Source: an uncultured Methanomicrobiaceae archaeon
Lineage (GTDB): Archaea; Halobacteriota; Methanomicrobia; Methanomicrobiales; Methanoculleaceae
Direction: 5' to 3'
NCBI GenBank assembly: GCA_963826525.1
Contig: CAWGXH010000004.1
Location: 1,248,001 to 1,312,000 of the forward strand
DNA: 64,000 nt
Shown in pieces: positions 11,049 through 22,947 of this stretch (the first letter of the stretch is position 1; the number at the start of each line of letters is the position of its first letter). Position numbers and translations under genes: made by a program. The notes below the pieces were generated by a model. It was not told the origin of the DNA, did no database searches, and saw nothing but the letters and a program-made list of their open reading frames with translations.

Positions 11049-12271
11049 CGGAGAAAGTACAGTCGATTCTCGACTACGGAGAGATCTGCGATCACTGCCT
11101 CGGCAGGTTCTTCGGCAAGCGATCGCACGGTCTCTCGAACACAGAGCGTGGCAGAGCACTTAGAATCGCTCACGAAATCGCCGAGAATATCCCTCACACC
11201 GAACCGGTGCCTGAGGCCTGCTGGATCTGTGCAGGCGAATTCGGGATGATCGATATCTGGGCGGAGAAGGTCTCCGAAGCACTCGCCGGGCTCGATTTTG
11301 AGACATTTCTGATCGGCACGAAGGTTCCGCCCCTGATGGCGGAGAGTGAAGAGATGGTCTGGAGCGACCTCGCGCTCCGTGACCCGGAGCCGCTGAAGGC
11401 GGAGATGAATCGTGAGGTGGGCAAGGCGGTCTCTGCCCGGATAGGGAAACCTGCCGACATCTCGAGGCCGGATGTCGTGGCCATCCTTGATCTCGGCGCA
11501 GGGACGGTCGAGGTGCAGATAAACCCGATCTTCATTGCAGGCAGGTACATGAAGTACGAGCGAGGCATCCCCCAGACGCACTGGGACTGCCGGCTCTGCC
11601 GGGGGAAGGGCTGCGAGAAGTGCAACTACACCGGCAAGCAGTATCCCGACTCGGTGGAGGAGCTGATCGGCCGGCCGGTTATCGCTGCGTTCGACGCCGA
11701 GAACGCCGTCCTGCACGGTTCCGGACGGGAGGATATCGATGCCCGGATGCTCGGTACCGGTCGGCCGTTCGTCATGGAGGTCGTCGCACCGCGCCGCCGT
11801 CAGGTCGACCTCGGCGACCTTGAGGAGATCGTGAATACGAGCGCTGAAAACAGGGTCGGCGTGACGTTCTCCGGATGGGCGGATCGTAAGACGGTGCAAA
11901 GCCTTAAATCGGACAAAGCGCATAAAAAATACAGGATCTTGGTCGAGATCGACGGTTCCGTATCGGTAGACGAGCTCGGAACGGCTCTCGATCAACTCAA
12001 AGGTGTGACAATACAGCAGCGCACACCAAAGCGGGTGTCGCACAGACGGGCGGATAAGGTTCGGGAGCGACGGGTCATCGATATCGAATACGGAGGCGCG
12101 GAAGACGACAGGTTTTACATCGACGTTGTCGGCGAAGCAGGCCTCTATATTAAGGAACTGATATCGGGCGACGGCGGACGAACCCGGCCGAGCCTCTCGG
12201 AGATCCTCGGAAGAGACGCACGCGTTACCAGCCTTGATGTGATGCTGGTTGAAACAGGTTATGGTGAGTAG
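11039..12271 (+). CDS. pus10: tRNA pseudouridine(54/55) synthase Pus10
   Basis: [48 protein letters not shown]. Confidence 0.95.
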   Translation: MEMTEKVQSILDYGEICDHCLGRFFGKRSHGLSNTERGRALRIAHEIAENIPHTEPVPEACWICAGEFGMIDIWAEKVSEALAGLDFETFLIGTKVPPLMAESEEMVWSDLALRDPEPLKAEMNREVGKAVSARIGKPADISRPDVVAILDLGAGTVEVQINPIFIAGRYMKYERGIPQTHWDCRLCRGKGCEKCNYTGKQYPDSVEELIGRPVIAAFDAENAVLHGSGREDIDARMLGTGRPFVMEVVAPRRRQVDLGDLEEIVNTSAENRVGVTFSGWADRKTVQSLKSDKAHKKYRILVEIDGSVSVDELGTALDQLKGVTIQQRTPKRVSHRRADKVRERRVIDIEYGGAEDDRFYIDVVGEAGLYIKELISGDGGRTRPSLSEILGRDARVTSLDVMLVETGYGE

Positions 12272-12273
12272 GA

Positions 12274-12567
12274 ATGGCACTTCACAACGGACCCAGGAAG
12301 AAGACGAGATATAAACTCAAGAAAGATTTGAGGAAACGCGGGCTTCCGCCTGTCACCTCCGTGATTCAGAACTTCGATGTCGGCCAGAAAGTCCACATCG
12401 TTATCGAGCCTTCTGTTCAGAAGGGTATGCCCCACCACCGGTTCCACGGTAGGACGGGGACGGTCGTCGGTCAGCGTGGCCGGGCGTGGGTTCTCGAGAT
12501 CCGCGACGGAAACTGCACCAAAATGGTAATCGCACGACCGCAACATCTAAAGGCACAAAACGTATAA
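12274..12567 (+). CDS. rpl21e: 50S ribosomal protein L21e
   Basis: [22 protein letters not shown]. Confidence 0.97.
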   Translation: MALHNGPRKKTRYKLKKDLRKRGLPPVTSVIQNFDVGQKVHIVIEPSVQKGMPHHRFHGRTGTVVGQRGRAWVLEIRDGNCTKMVIARPQHLKAQNV

Positions 12568-12586
12568 TCTCCATCAAGTGATTGGC

Positions 12587-12938
12587 ATGAAAGTAAAAAG
12601 AGTTGTGAGCGAAGAGCGAATCCTGCTTTCCGAAGGTACGTGAGATTCTGCTTGAAGTGGAAACCGGACGACTTGCTGCAGGAGAGGAGATGTCCTATGA
12701 ACTTCGCAAGAGCATCGAGCATGCCAATCATCTCTCAAAGACCTCGGCCGAGAAGGCAAAGGCGCTCCTTGCCGAGCTCCTGAAACTTGAGAAGATGAAG
12801 GAGGAGATTGCGTTCCGCATCGCCAACCTCATGCCTCGAACGCGGGACGAACTGCGTGCCATCTATGCAAAAGAACGTTTCACCCTGACACCGGAAGAAC
12901 TCGACGAAATTCTGGACCTGGTAATGACCCACTTCTAG
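12587..12938 (+). CDS. rpo4: RNA polymerase subunit Rpo4 (RpoF), frameshift near 12635
   Basis: MSYELRKSIEHA, IANLMPRTRDELRAIYAKE, position after rpl21e. Confidence 0.85.
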
Positions 12939-12950
12939 GAGAGGGCGCCT

Positions 12951-13514
12951 GTGAAAACCGACAAGAAAGAGGTCAACGCATTAGTGATTGACATCCTTCC
13001 GAAAGGGTATGTGAACGATCCCCGTCCGGTCTACAAGCGCGAGCCGGTTGTTCTGGCCGTCGGTACGGACCAGTTCAAGCTGCTCGAGCTTGTGTCGAAG
13101 CCGGGTGTCGATATTCAGATCCACGATCAGGTATACATCGGCGACTCTGAGCGTGAGAAGATCGAGCGTGTCAAGAAGCGTATCGGGTATGAGGAACTGA
13201 CCCATACGGCAAAGATCGAACTGCCGTATGCCGTCGAGACGATCGTCCAGGAGCAGGAAGAGCGGTTCGTCGAGTTCTTCAACAAATCAATCTCCATCAC
13301 GCCGAAGCTCCATATGCTTCATCTCCTCCCCGGTATCGGCAAGAAGCTGATGTGGGAAGTGATCGAACAGCGGAACAGAAAGCCGTTCGAGAGTTTCGCC
13401 GACATCAGCCAGCGGATCAAGTCGATGCCTCATCCCGACAAGATGATCGTCAACCGCATCCTGCACGAGATCGAGGATCCCGAGGAAAAATACCACCTCT
13501 TCACGACGAAATGA
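12951..13514 (+). CDS. DUF655 family putative RNA-binding protein
   Basis: FKLLEL, FVEFFN, HMLHLLPGIGKK (HhH). Conserved rpo4-DUF655-rsmA order. Confidence 0.9.
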   Translation: MKTDKKEVNALVIDILPKGYVNDPRPVYKREPVVLAVGTDQFKLLELVSKPGVDIQIHDQVYIGDSEREKIERVKKRIGYEELTHTAKIELPYAVETIVQEQEERFVEFFNKSISITPKLHMLHLLPGIGKKLMWEVIEQRNRKPFESFADISQRIKSMPHPDKMIVNRILHEIEDPEEKYHLFTTK

Positions 13515-14275
13515 GCGCTCCGAAAGACCAACATTTTCTCGTCGATACCCGGGCGATCGAGAGGATCGCTGGCTTCGTCGACGTCTCCGGCCGCCGGGTG
13601 CTTGAGATTGGGCCCGGTGAAGGACCGCTCACCCGTGCGCTCCTCGAACGGGGTGCGACGGTCATTGCGGTCGAGCTCGATCGTGCCCTCTGCGAGGAAC
13701 TGGAACTCTCTTTTGCCGATGAGATCGAGGAGGGAAGGCTCCACCTCATCCGGGGCGATGCGACACGCGTCGACCTTCCGCCCTTCGAGATGGTAGTTGC
13801 CAATCTTCCCTACTCCGCTTCGTCGAAGATAACCTTCCGCCTGCTCGAGATCGGTTTTGAGGTTGCCGTACTGATGTATCAGAAGGAGTTTGCCCAGCGG
13901 ATGATCGCGAGGCCCGGGACGCCCGCGGTCGGCCGCCTCTCGGTGATGGTGCAGACCTATGCGACGGTAAAACCGCTTCTCGAGCTCCCGCCGAGCGCAT
14001 TTCGACCAAAGCCACAGGTGCGGTCGTGGGTGGTGAAGGTAACTCCGCACGAGCCGCCGTATCCCATCAATGACCGGGACGCCTACGCCGATCTGCTCCG
14101 GGTGCTCTTCTCGCACCGCCGCAAGACGATCCGAAAAGGCCTTCGGAGCGGGAAAGGCACCTTCGATGCGGAGACGATCGAGCGGGTGATTGCAGACCTG
14201 CCGGAAGATCTGCTCGGGCGCCGCCCCGAAGAGCTCTCGCTTGAGGAGTTCGCGATGATAGCGAACCTGATCTGA
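13511..14275 (+). CDS. rsmA: 16S rRNA dimethyladenosine transferase
   Basis: DQHFL, LEIGPGEG, VANLPY, QKEFA, FSHRRKT. Confidence 0.95.
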   Translation: MSAPKDQHFLVDTRAIERIAGFVDVSGRRVLEIGPGEGPLTRALLERGATVIAVELDRALCEELELSFADEIEEGRLHLIRGDATRVDLPPFEMVVANLPYSASSKITFRLLEIGFEVAVLMYQKEFAQRMIARPGTPAVGRLSVMVQTYATVKPLLELPPSAFRPKPQVRSWVVKVTPHEPPYPINDRDAYADLLRVLFSHRRKTIRKGLRSGKGTFDAETIERVIADLPEDLLGRRPEELSLEEFAMIANLI

Positions 14276-14290
14276 ACGGGATATGCGGAT

Positions 14291-14861
14291 ATGGACGACC
14301 AGGTCTACCAGCCCGAAGCCGATACCTGCCTGCTGCTCAGGGCGGCACAAAGAGAGGTTCGCCCGGGCGATCGGGTGCTCGAGGTCGGCACCGGCAGCGG
14401 CCGGGTTGCCGCCGGGCTTATCGGGTCTGGGGGGAGTGTTACCGCAACCGATATCAACCCGTATGCCGTGCTCGCCGCCCGCTCGTGCGGTGTCGAGACG
14501 GTGCGATGCGATCTCGCCGCCGGTCTTGCCGGACCGTTCGATCTCGTCGTTTTCAACCCGCCCTATCTGCCGACGTCGCCGGAGGAGCGTATAGACGACT
14601 GGCTTGAGTATGCCCTCGATGGAGGGCCGGACGGGAGAAGGGTGATCGAGCGGTTCATCCGTGATCTCGACCGCATCTTATCGCCGTACGGGCGAGTCCT
14701 GCTGCTCGTCTCCTCGCTTACGGATCCTGATGCAGTACCGGAAGATCTTCGCCGCTCACGGGTTCGTATCGTTCATCGTCGACGAAGAAAGCCTTGAGGG
14801 GGAGATGCTGTACGTGCTCCGGGCAACACGGGACCTCTGCCGGGTCACCGCAATCGGTTGA
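14291..14861 (+). CDS. HemK2/MTQ2 family protein glutamine methyltransferase (frameshift near 14740)
   Basis: VYQPEADT, LEVGTGSG, FNPPYLP, DGGPDGR. Confidence 0.9.
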
Positions 14862-15480
14862 TGGTGCTTAAGACTCCGAGGAGTGTGGGAGTGTTCTCCT
14901 GCACCGAACGGAGCATCCTCATGCGTTCACTCAGATTCTCCGCCGTCATACATTCGTAAAAGACACAGTAGGCGAAGAATCCGTGGATTTTATGCGCCGG
15001 GAGCGGGTCGTTCTCCGCGGTGATGCTGTTTTTGTCGAAGGTATACTCAGGCTCGGTTATGATCCTATCCCAGCCTGCGATGATCCCGGTGATGTTTGGG
15101 TGTTTTAACGAGAGTTCGAAGAAAAGGGGGGATGTCTGGAGCAGATCGCAGGCCTCGCTCCGGAGTTCGTCGTCGACGATTGAAAGGCGGCTCCGGGCGA
15201 TGGTATCGAGCACCCGTGGCGTCTTCTGGAGCTCTGTCCGGAGATTCGGATACTCGAGCCACAACCGGGAAAAGATATCGGGATCGGGAGATATCCGATA
15301 CACCGCGGAGTCCGTATCCTCTGCAGCATCGGATATGATATCTCCGCTGTGTATGAGACCGTCGAGGATCTCTCTGATCCGGCCGTCATCGGCGGAGCGA
15401 CCGGCTGCAATCATCTCCTGTTTTGAGAGTTCGCCGCTCTCTAATAGGTGCCGAAAAATGTTCTCCGTGATTCCCGCCAT
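14845..15480 (-). CDS. hypothetical protein, possible N-terminal winged-HTH domain
   Basis: 211-aa ORF with GAGG RBS. IREILDGLIHSGDI...VYRI resembles a recognition helix plus wing. Confidence 0.55.
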   Translation of the reverse strand: MAGITENIFRHLLESGELSKQEMIAAGRSADDGRIREILDGLIHSGDIISDAAEDTDSAVYRISPDPDIFSRLWLEYPNLRTELQKTPRVLDTIARSRLSIVDDELRSEACDLLQTSPLFFELSLKHPNITGIIAGWDRIITEPEYTFDKNSITAENDPLPAHKIHGFFAYCVFYECMTAENLSERMRMLRSVQENTPTLLGVLSTINRLR

Positions 15481-15868
15481 GCCCTCTCCTCAACGGTGCA
15501 TATTCGTATCTGCCATTGGTGCTTCCCTGCGATATCTCTTCTGGAATGATTATTTCGGAAAACGACTCTGATGGTAAACTTTGGTTGCAATTCTCTAGGT
15601 TTTTGGAAATATTGTTCATTCTTCCTTCTTCATTCCTGAGTATTATTTCTCCGATCAGGATCGCCACGCACATGGCATCCGAGGGTGTTCGCGCGTTCTG
15701 CCACAACGATGGGCCGGGGAAAGGTAGGCTCACCCTCGGGGTCAGGAACGAAGCAGACCCCTCTTCCGGCTCGAATCGGAAGACGGATGGGAGACAGATC
15801 TGCGATAAGGTTTAAGGTGCCTGCCAGTAGTAGGGATGAGCCACACCGGGGCTCGCCGGGAGACTTGC

Positions 15869-18800
15869 ATGGAGGTACCAGGAGTGAGTGAATCGAGAGT
15901 GCGGGAACGCCGCGCACTCTGCGGCATCTGTGCTGCAGGCTGCGGCGTCATCGTTACCTACGACGACGAAGGAAGGATAGCCGGTGTGCGGCCGGATGAG
16001 AACTCTGAGATTGGGATCCTCTGCAAACTGGGCGAGCATACGCCGGAGATCGTCTACTCGCAAGACCGGGTGCTCCACCCGTTAAAGCGGGTAGGTCCGA
16101 AGGGGACGTACGAGTTTGAACGGATCTCGTGGGACGAGGCATATGCGATCATCGTGCAGAACCTCACCCGGATCAAGGAAGAGCACGGGCCGAAGGCCGC
16201 TGCAATTTACACCGGCTCGGGCAGTTTCGAACTCTCGCACTGCGACGTATTCCAGCCGAAAGACGTAGCAGTCTCCTCGGCGTCGAGCGTGCTCTTTCCC
16301 TACGGCTCCCCGAACACCATGGGCGTCGGCGCCCTCTGTTACGTTTCGTTCGCGATGATAGCCCCCCACGTCACCATGGGAAGGCTCCACATCAACACCT
16401 ACTCCGATTTTGAGAACGCCGATCTCATCGTGGTCTGGGGTACAAATCCCGCCACCGATTTCCCGCCTCTGACCCTCCGGAAGATCCTGGCGGCGAAAAA
16501 CCGCGGTGCCGAGGTCGTCGTCATCGATCCCCGTCGGACGAAGACCGTCGATCTTGCCGGTGCGGAGTGGGTGCCGATCCGTCCGGGCACCGACGGGGCA
16601 CTCGCACTCGGGCTCTGCAATGTCCTGATCGGGGAGGAACTCTACGACGAGGAGTTTGTCCGGAACTGGACACACGGTTTTCCGGAGTTTACCGCCTACG
16701 TCCAGCACTTCCGGCCGGAGGTCGTGGAGGAGATCACCGGCGTGCCTGCAGAGACCGTTCTCTCGCTCGCCCGGCGGATAACTGCGGCGGACGGCGCGAC
16801 GTGGGCGATGTACACCGGGCTTGAGTACAGCGACTCCGGTGTGCAGGCGATCCGGGCCGCCATCGTCCTCTGGGCGCTCGCCGGCAAGATGGACGTTCCC
16901 GGCGGCCGCTGCTTCTCGATGCTCGAGAATACCTTCCCCATCAATCGTTCGGAGTACCTGGCAGAATCCGGATCTGAACCGGGCGATAGGGGTCGACCGG
17001 TTCCCGGTCTATACGACATACCGGCAGGAGGCGCACCCGATCGCCCTCCCCGAATCCGTCCTGCACGGAAGACCCTACAGAATACGGGCTCTGATCATCC
17101 AGGCCGGGCACCTCCTGATTTCCTGGCCGGAGACTCCGCTCTGGCGCGAGACGCTGGAGAACCTGGAGTTCCTTGTCTGCGTCGACCGTACCCTCACTGC
17201 CGATGCGGCGTACGCCGATCTCGTGCTCCCGGCGACGACGATGTACGAGCGTGAGTCGTATATGACCTACGGTCCTCTCTTCCGGATCCGCGAAAGGGTC
17301 ATCGAGCCACTCGGCGAGGCGCGGCACGATGTCTTCATCATGGCAGAACTTGCCCGGCGCCTCGGGTACGGTCACCTCTATCCGCAGGACGAGGAGGCGA
17401 TGCTCCGGCACGTTCTGAAGGGCTCAGGGTTCAGCCTTGAGGACGTTCGGGAGGCCGGCGGGTCGGTGCAGTCGCCGACGGTGATGATGCAGTACAAAAA
17501 GTGGGAGAAGGGTCTTCTCCGGCCGGACGGAATGCCCGGGTTCGATACGCCGACGGGGAAGTTTGAGATCTGGTCGACGATCCTCGAGGAGTCCGGCTAC
17601 GACCCGCTTCCGGTCTACACGGAACCGCAGGAGAGCCCGGTCTCCAGGCCCGATGTTGCGGAGACGTATCCATTGATCTTCAACTCCGGTGCCCGGGTGA
17701 CGACCGATTTTCATGCACAGCACCACGGAGTAGAAGGCCTGCTCCGGGAGCGTCCCGAACCGACAGTGACGCTCAATACCCGCGATGCGGAGGAGCGCGG
17801 GATCAAAACCGGCGATCGGGTCTCTGTCAGAACGCTGCGTGGGCGGATTCCCCTCCGGGCGATCGTCACCGACGATATCGTTCAGGGTGCCGTGGAGGCG
17901 AATATGGGCGGCGGGTGCCACGTCGGGCCGAAGGCCTGGCAGGAGGGAAACGTCAACGAGCTGACCGATATGCAGCGTTACGATCCCATCTCCGGTTTTC
18001 CCGTCTACAAGGTGCTCCTCTGCGATGTAACCCGGATGGACAGTCCTGCCGGGGAGACGGTCGCCATCGGTTCGGGTGAGCTCGACGCTCCCCGGGACCT
18101 GCCGTCGGCCGCCGCCCCTGAGATTGCCCGGATCTACCTCGACCACAATGCCACGACCCCAATCGATCCCGCGGTCTGGCAGACGATGGTCGCTTTCGGT
18201 GAGGCGAACTACGCCAACCCGTCGAGCATCTACCGGGAAGGCAAGGCGGCAAAAAGAGCAGTGGAGGATACCCGGCGTATGCTCGCCCGGCTCCTTGGCT
18301 GCACGGCAAAACGGATCGTCTTTACCGGGTGCTGCACCGAGGCGAATAACTTCCTCATCAAGGGGCTGGCGTTCGCCTCCCGGGATGGTGAGAGAAAGCA
18401 CCTCATCACCTCGTCGGTCGAGCATTCGTCGGTGCTCGAACCTATCCGGTGGCTCAAGAAGTTCGGGTTTACCGTGACCGAGCTTCCCGTCGATCCGACC
18501 GGGCGCGTCAGTCCCGGTGATCTCGCGGAGGCGATCACGGCGGAGACGCTGCTCGTCAGTATCATGACGGCGAACAACGAGACCGGTTCGATCCAGCCGA
18601 TCCGCGAACTCGCCCGCGTAGCGCACGAGAACGGGGCACTCTTCCACACGGACGCGACGCAGGCGATAGGAAAGATCCCGGTCGACGTCGCCGACCTGGA
18701 CGTCGACTTCCTCAGCCTCTCGGGCCACAAAATCTACGGGCCGAAGGGGGTCGGTGCTCTGTACATTCGCAAGGGGATCGAGATCGATCCGCTCCTTCAC

Positions 18801-19286
18801 GGGGGCGAACAGGAGCGAGGCCTGCGTGCCGGCACGGAGAACGTGCTCGGGATCGTCGGGCTCGGCCGGGCGGCGGAGCTTGCCGGGCAGCACCTTGCCG
18901 GGATGGAGGAGGTCAGGCGGCTCCGTGACCGTCTTGAAGACGGCATACGGGCACTTGTTCCCGAAGCACGGTTGAACGGGCATCCGACGCAGCGCCTCCC
19001 GAATACGGTTAATATGACGCTCCCCGGCTATCGGGGGGAGTCGGTGGTGCTCGCCCTCGACCAGCAGGGGATCTGCATCTCCTCCGGCTCGGCGTGCCAC
19101 TCGGGGTCGCCGGCACCGTCGCACGTGCTGCGTGCGATGGGTCTCTCAGACGAGGAGGTTCACTGCTCGGTGCGGATCTCTCTCGGTGCCGGGACGACTG
19201 AAGAGGAGGTCGATCGGACGCTTGCGGTTCTGGACGAGACGCTTCATAACCGGGAGGCGGCCGTCCGGTTCGTGACCTGCCGGTAG
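15869..19286 (+). CDS. molybdo/tungstopterin oxidoreductase-cysteine desulfurase fusion (metallopterin-dependent ergothioneine synthase-like), frameshift near 16960
   Basis: 4Fe-4S CGICAAGC...C, RISWDEA, IDPRRT, IRPGTDGALA, ADLVLPAT. In-frame fusion to an IscS-like domain (YLDHNATTP, SGHKIYGPKG, SSGSAC). Adjacent to egtD. Confidence 0.88.
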
Positions 19287-19625
19287 GGAGGTTCCCTCTC
19301 TCTCCTCGCATACAGGCCGGGCAGGCTCCCGGAAAGTCTTCCGTTTATCTGCCCGGGAGCCGTGAGCGTATGCCGGGTTCTTCGGTATACCGGGCGCAGA
19401 CTTCTCTGCCGTTCCCCGCAATGTTTTTATTGCATTGGCAGGATCGATTCGGTTCTATGGCGTATTCTGACAGGGCATGTGAAAGGCTGCAGGAGGACAG
19501 ATCGGTGGATAGCCCGTCCCGGGCGCCCTCGTACGGGCAGGGTGTTCGTATGAACGCCGCCCCCGGAGTGCTCTGTTCGCAGGTGTCACAGGCCCGCCTT
19601 CCGGTTCCGGACGGTCGGAACGACG

Positions 19626-20664
19626 ATGTCTCACGCCACTGGTGCGGAACCTGCGGAGTGTCCGGAGATGCAGACCGGTGGCGGCGAGGAGTCGAGGCTT
19701 GAAGTCAGGAACTATCTCACCCGCTCGTTCTCCGAGGAGATTGCCCGCGACGTCCGTCTCGGCCTATCCGGCGACCAAAAGCGGATCCCGAGCAAATACT
19801 TCTACGACGAGCGGGGTTCGCGGCTCTTTGAAGAGATCTGCATGCTCCCCGAGTATTACCCCACCCGAACCGAGATGGCCATCCTGCAGGAGTACGCCCC
19901 GGCGATCATGGAGCCGTTTGCCGGCGGCGATCTCGTGGAGATGGGGTCGGGAGCTAACTGGAAGATCTGCCATCTGATCGATGCTGCAGAGCAGGCGGAC
20001 GGTCGCGGCATACGCTATGTCCCGGTCGATGTGAGTGAGTCTGCTCTTCGAACGGCTGCCCTTGGATCTGATCCGGCGGTATGACGCTCTCTCCGTCCTC
20101 GGGATCGTCGCCGACTTTACCCGCGACCTCGATCGCATACCGGATGACAATACCCGGATCATAAGCCTCTTCGGCGGAACGCTCGGTAACTTCACCGAGA
20201 CGGAGTCCGAACGCCTGCTCGGGATGGTCGCCGGGCTCATGCACCCGGGCGACCGGTTCCTCCTCGGCCTCGATATGGTGAAGGATATACCGGTTCTCGA
20301 GGCGGCGTACAACGACTCCCGGGGAGTGACCGCTGCGTTTAACCGGAACATCTTAAACGTCGTCAACCAGGAACTCAACGCCGACTTCGATTGCTCCCTC
20401 TTCGATCACGTTGCGTTCTTCAACAGCGAAGCGGAACAGATCGAGATGTACCTTGCGGCACAGCAGGCAGTGACCGTCGATATCGGGCTCCTCGATATGA
20501 CGGTGGAGTTCCGGGAGGGCGAGACGATTCATACCGAGATATCCCGCAAGTTCAGCAGAGAGAGTGCTATGCGGCTCTTCGACCGGGCAGGCCTTGCGGC
20601 GGAACGCTGGTTCACCGACGACGCCGGATGGTTCTCGCTCGTTGAGCTCGCCGGAAGCGACTGA
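19626..20664 (+). CDS. egtD: L-histidine N-alpha-methyltransferase (frameshift near 20050)
   Basis: KRIPSKYFYDERGSRLFEEICMLPEYYPTRTE, VEMGSG, AYNDSRGVTAAFNRN, ETIHTEISRKF. Confidence 0.92.
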
Positions 20665-20744
20665 TTCCCTCTCGCGGAGTTCGTCCGGCCGGGTGCCGGG
20701 ACACCATTTTATACTCCGGTTCCCTTCACGGATTCCGGGGAACT

Positions 20745-21212
20745 ATGAGGACACTCATCATCTACACCTCGGTACATCACGGGAATACCGAGAAGGTCGC
20801 CCAGGCGATGGCGGGGGTGCTTGGTGCCGATATCGTCGCTGCGGCACGAGCCGAGCCCGGGCTGATCGACCGCTACGATCTGATCGGTTTCGGGTCGGGT
20901 ATCTATCACGGCCGCCATCACCAGACCCTCTTCCGCTTCGTCGATCTGCTCCCGGCTGTTGACGGAATGCTTGCGTTCGTCTTCTCGACGAGCGGGCGGG
21001 GTGTGGCGCAGGATCATACCGCCCTGAAACTGGAACTCGAAGCGAAAGGGTTCCGGATAGTGGGTGACTTCACCTGTAAGGGCTGGGATACCTACACCGT
21101 GCTCGGCCTCGTCGGCGGGATCAACAAGGGAAGGCCCGATGCCCGGGACCTTATGCATGCAGGGGAATTTGCAGAGAGCCTTGCGAGACAGTGGGGAAAT
21201 GCCGGTCGATAG
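20745..21212 (+). CDS. flavodoxin family protein
   Basis: IIYTSVHHGNTEKVA, YDLIGFGSGIY, GGINKGRPD. Confidence 0.88.
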   Translation: MRTLIIYTSVHHGNTEKVAQAMAGVLGADIVAAARAEPGLIDRYDLIGFGSGIYHGRHHQTLFRFVDLLPAVDGMLAFVFSTSGRGVAQDHTALKLELEAKGFRIVGDFTCKGWDTYTVLGLVGGINKGRPDARDLMHAGEFAESLARQWGNAGR

Positions 21213-21313
21213 TCGCTTTCCTGCGGCACCGGTACCCGGGAGAGTCATACCTGCTCGTCCGCACACCCCAAACCATTATATCCGGGTGTAGGGTATATCC
21301 CGCCTGATCTCCG

Positions 21314-22198
21314 ATGCGATCCCGATTACTGGTCCTGGTGCTGGTCGTTTCATTGATTGCAAATGTATACTCCGCGGTCATCGTTCCCGCCGCGGTCGAT
21401 GGAGACCTCCGTGTTCTCAATAGCCGGATTGCCGCCCTTGAAGAAGAGAATGCCGATCTGCTGACCCGGGTGGGGGAGTATGCCTCCCCGACAGTGGTTC
21501 CTGTCCCGGAACCGGCTCCTTATCTCCCGCCGGCGGCGGTATCGTCATCCAGCACAGCGACGCTCCAGGCACCGGTGATCATCGAGAAGGTCGAGTACGT
21601 CAGGAACTATCCGTTCGTGCGGCAGCGGGTAACGGAGGAGGGTTCCATGGTGAACATCTCGGTCGAGGTCATTTCCGGGCGCGGGCGGGTGCTGGTGCAG
21701 ACCACTCCGCTGATGGGGGTGGTCTTCCAGGAGGCTGCCAACACGGCGGTCTCCGTTGCCCGGGATCAGTCCGGAGCGAATCTCTCAGAGAGCGACGTGA
21801 TCTTCTCGGTTCTGGCGGAGAGCGATGTGTCCGGGATCGACGGGCCGAGTGCCGGTGCACTGATGACGGCGCTCCTCATCTCGGTGCTCGAGAACCGGCC
21901 GGTGAACGACTCCGTCACCCTGACCGGCACCATCGACTCCGTCGGGAATGTCGGGGAGATCGGGGGTGTCGTCGAGAAGGCGCAGGCCGCAAAGGCACAC
22001 GGCAAGTCGCTCATCCTTCTTCCCCGAACAAACAGCCGGGTCATGCAGTACGGCGACACGACACGAAGCATCGGAGGTGTGGAGATCACATTGCAGCGGC
22101 CGGAGTATCTCGATGCGGAACAGTACATCGAGGATGAGATCGGCATCCGGGTGGAGTACGTGGATACAATCGACGACGTTATCGCTTTTCTGTGGTAG
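21314..22198 (+). CDS. membrane-anchored/secreted S16 (Lon-type) serine protease without ATPase domain
   Basis: N-terminal hydrophobic helix, DGPSAG catalytic Ser, IGGVVEKA catalytic Lys. Confidence 0.85.
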   Translation: MRSRLLVLVLVVSLIANVYSAVIVPAAVDGDLRVLNSRIAALEEENADLLTRVGEYASPTVVPVPEPAPYLPPAAVSSSSTATLQAPVIIEKVEYVRNYPFVRQRVTEEGSMVNISVEVISGRGRVLVQTTPLMGVVFQEAANTAVSVARDQSGANLSESDVIFSVLAESDVSGIDGPSAGALMTALLISVLENRPVNDSVTLTGTIDSVGNVGEIGGVVEKAQAAKAHGKSLILLPRTNSRVMQYGDTTRSIGGVEITLQRPEYLDAEQYIEDEIGIRVEYVDTIDDVIAFLW

Positions 22199-22261
22199 TG
22201 GCCGGAAGCGACCCGAAAGAACGGCACGGTCGCGCCGGTGGTTGAGAGACGCCCTGTCATT

Positions 22262-22750
22262 TTACTTCCCGTTCTGGCGGATGACCTCGTAGGTCACCCG
22301 CTGATCGAGAATGCAGTCGCGGACGGCCCGCTCCCGCTCCGAGAGGTTCGATCGGCCGCTCTTCACCTCGACGAAGGCGACACTCGTCACCTCCCCGTCC
22401 GAGAGGCCGTTGAAGATGACGAAGTCGACCGGGGTGCCGAGGAAGCGTGCATCCTTCGGGTTGTAGGTAAAGTCGGGGAAATAGGGGATGAGGTGTTCGG
22501 TCACCTTCCCCCGGATCACCGCCTCGCTGCGGGTGACGGCGTCGCGGCGGATGCTCTTCTCTTCGGCAAGCTTCCACTCCCGGAAGAGCACGTCCGCCTT
22601 CTCGTCGACGAGCCGCTGCATCTCGGTCGTCCGCCACTCATCAAAGAGCGATCGTGCCCGCCGCTCGACCTGCCCCGAGATGCGGGCGTAACGCCAGGCA
22701 GTATAGGCGAGCAGGAGCAGGAGGGCGGCGATGAGGATCCACTCTATCAT
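22262..22750 (-). CDS. Holliday-junction-resolvase-like endonuclease with N-terminal TM helix
   Basis: GKVTEHLIPY, DARFLGTPVDFVIFNG, FVEVKSG. Confidence 0.85.
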   Translation of the reverse strand: MIEWILIAALLLLLAYTAWRYARISGQVERRARSLFDEWRTTEMQRLVDEKADVLFREWKLAEEKSIRRDAVTRSEAVIRGKVTEHLIPYFPDFTYNPKDARFLGTPVDFVIFNGLSDGEVTSVAFVEVKSGRSNLSERERAVRDCILDQRVTYEVIRQNGK

Positions 22751-22947
22751 GACAGTACGACTCGGCGGCCGGAGATAAAGGGATTTGGAATTGCCGGCCG
22801 ATCGGCCGACGGGGGGATGCTTATGAGCCGATCCCTTATCCGGATGTTCAGCATCCGCTTCTGCAGATGACTTCTCTTTTATCGAGAGCGATCCGTCTCC
22901 TCCTCAAGCCTTTTATGGACTCCCCGCCACTGTACCCGAGAGGTACC

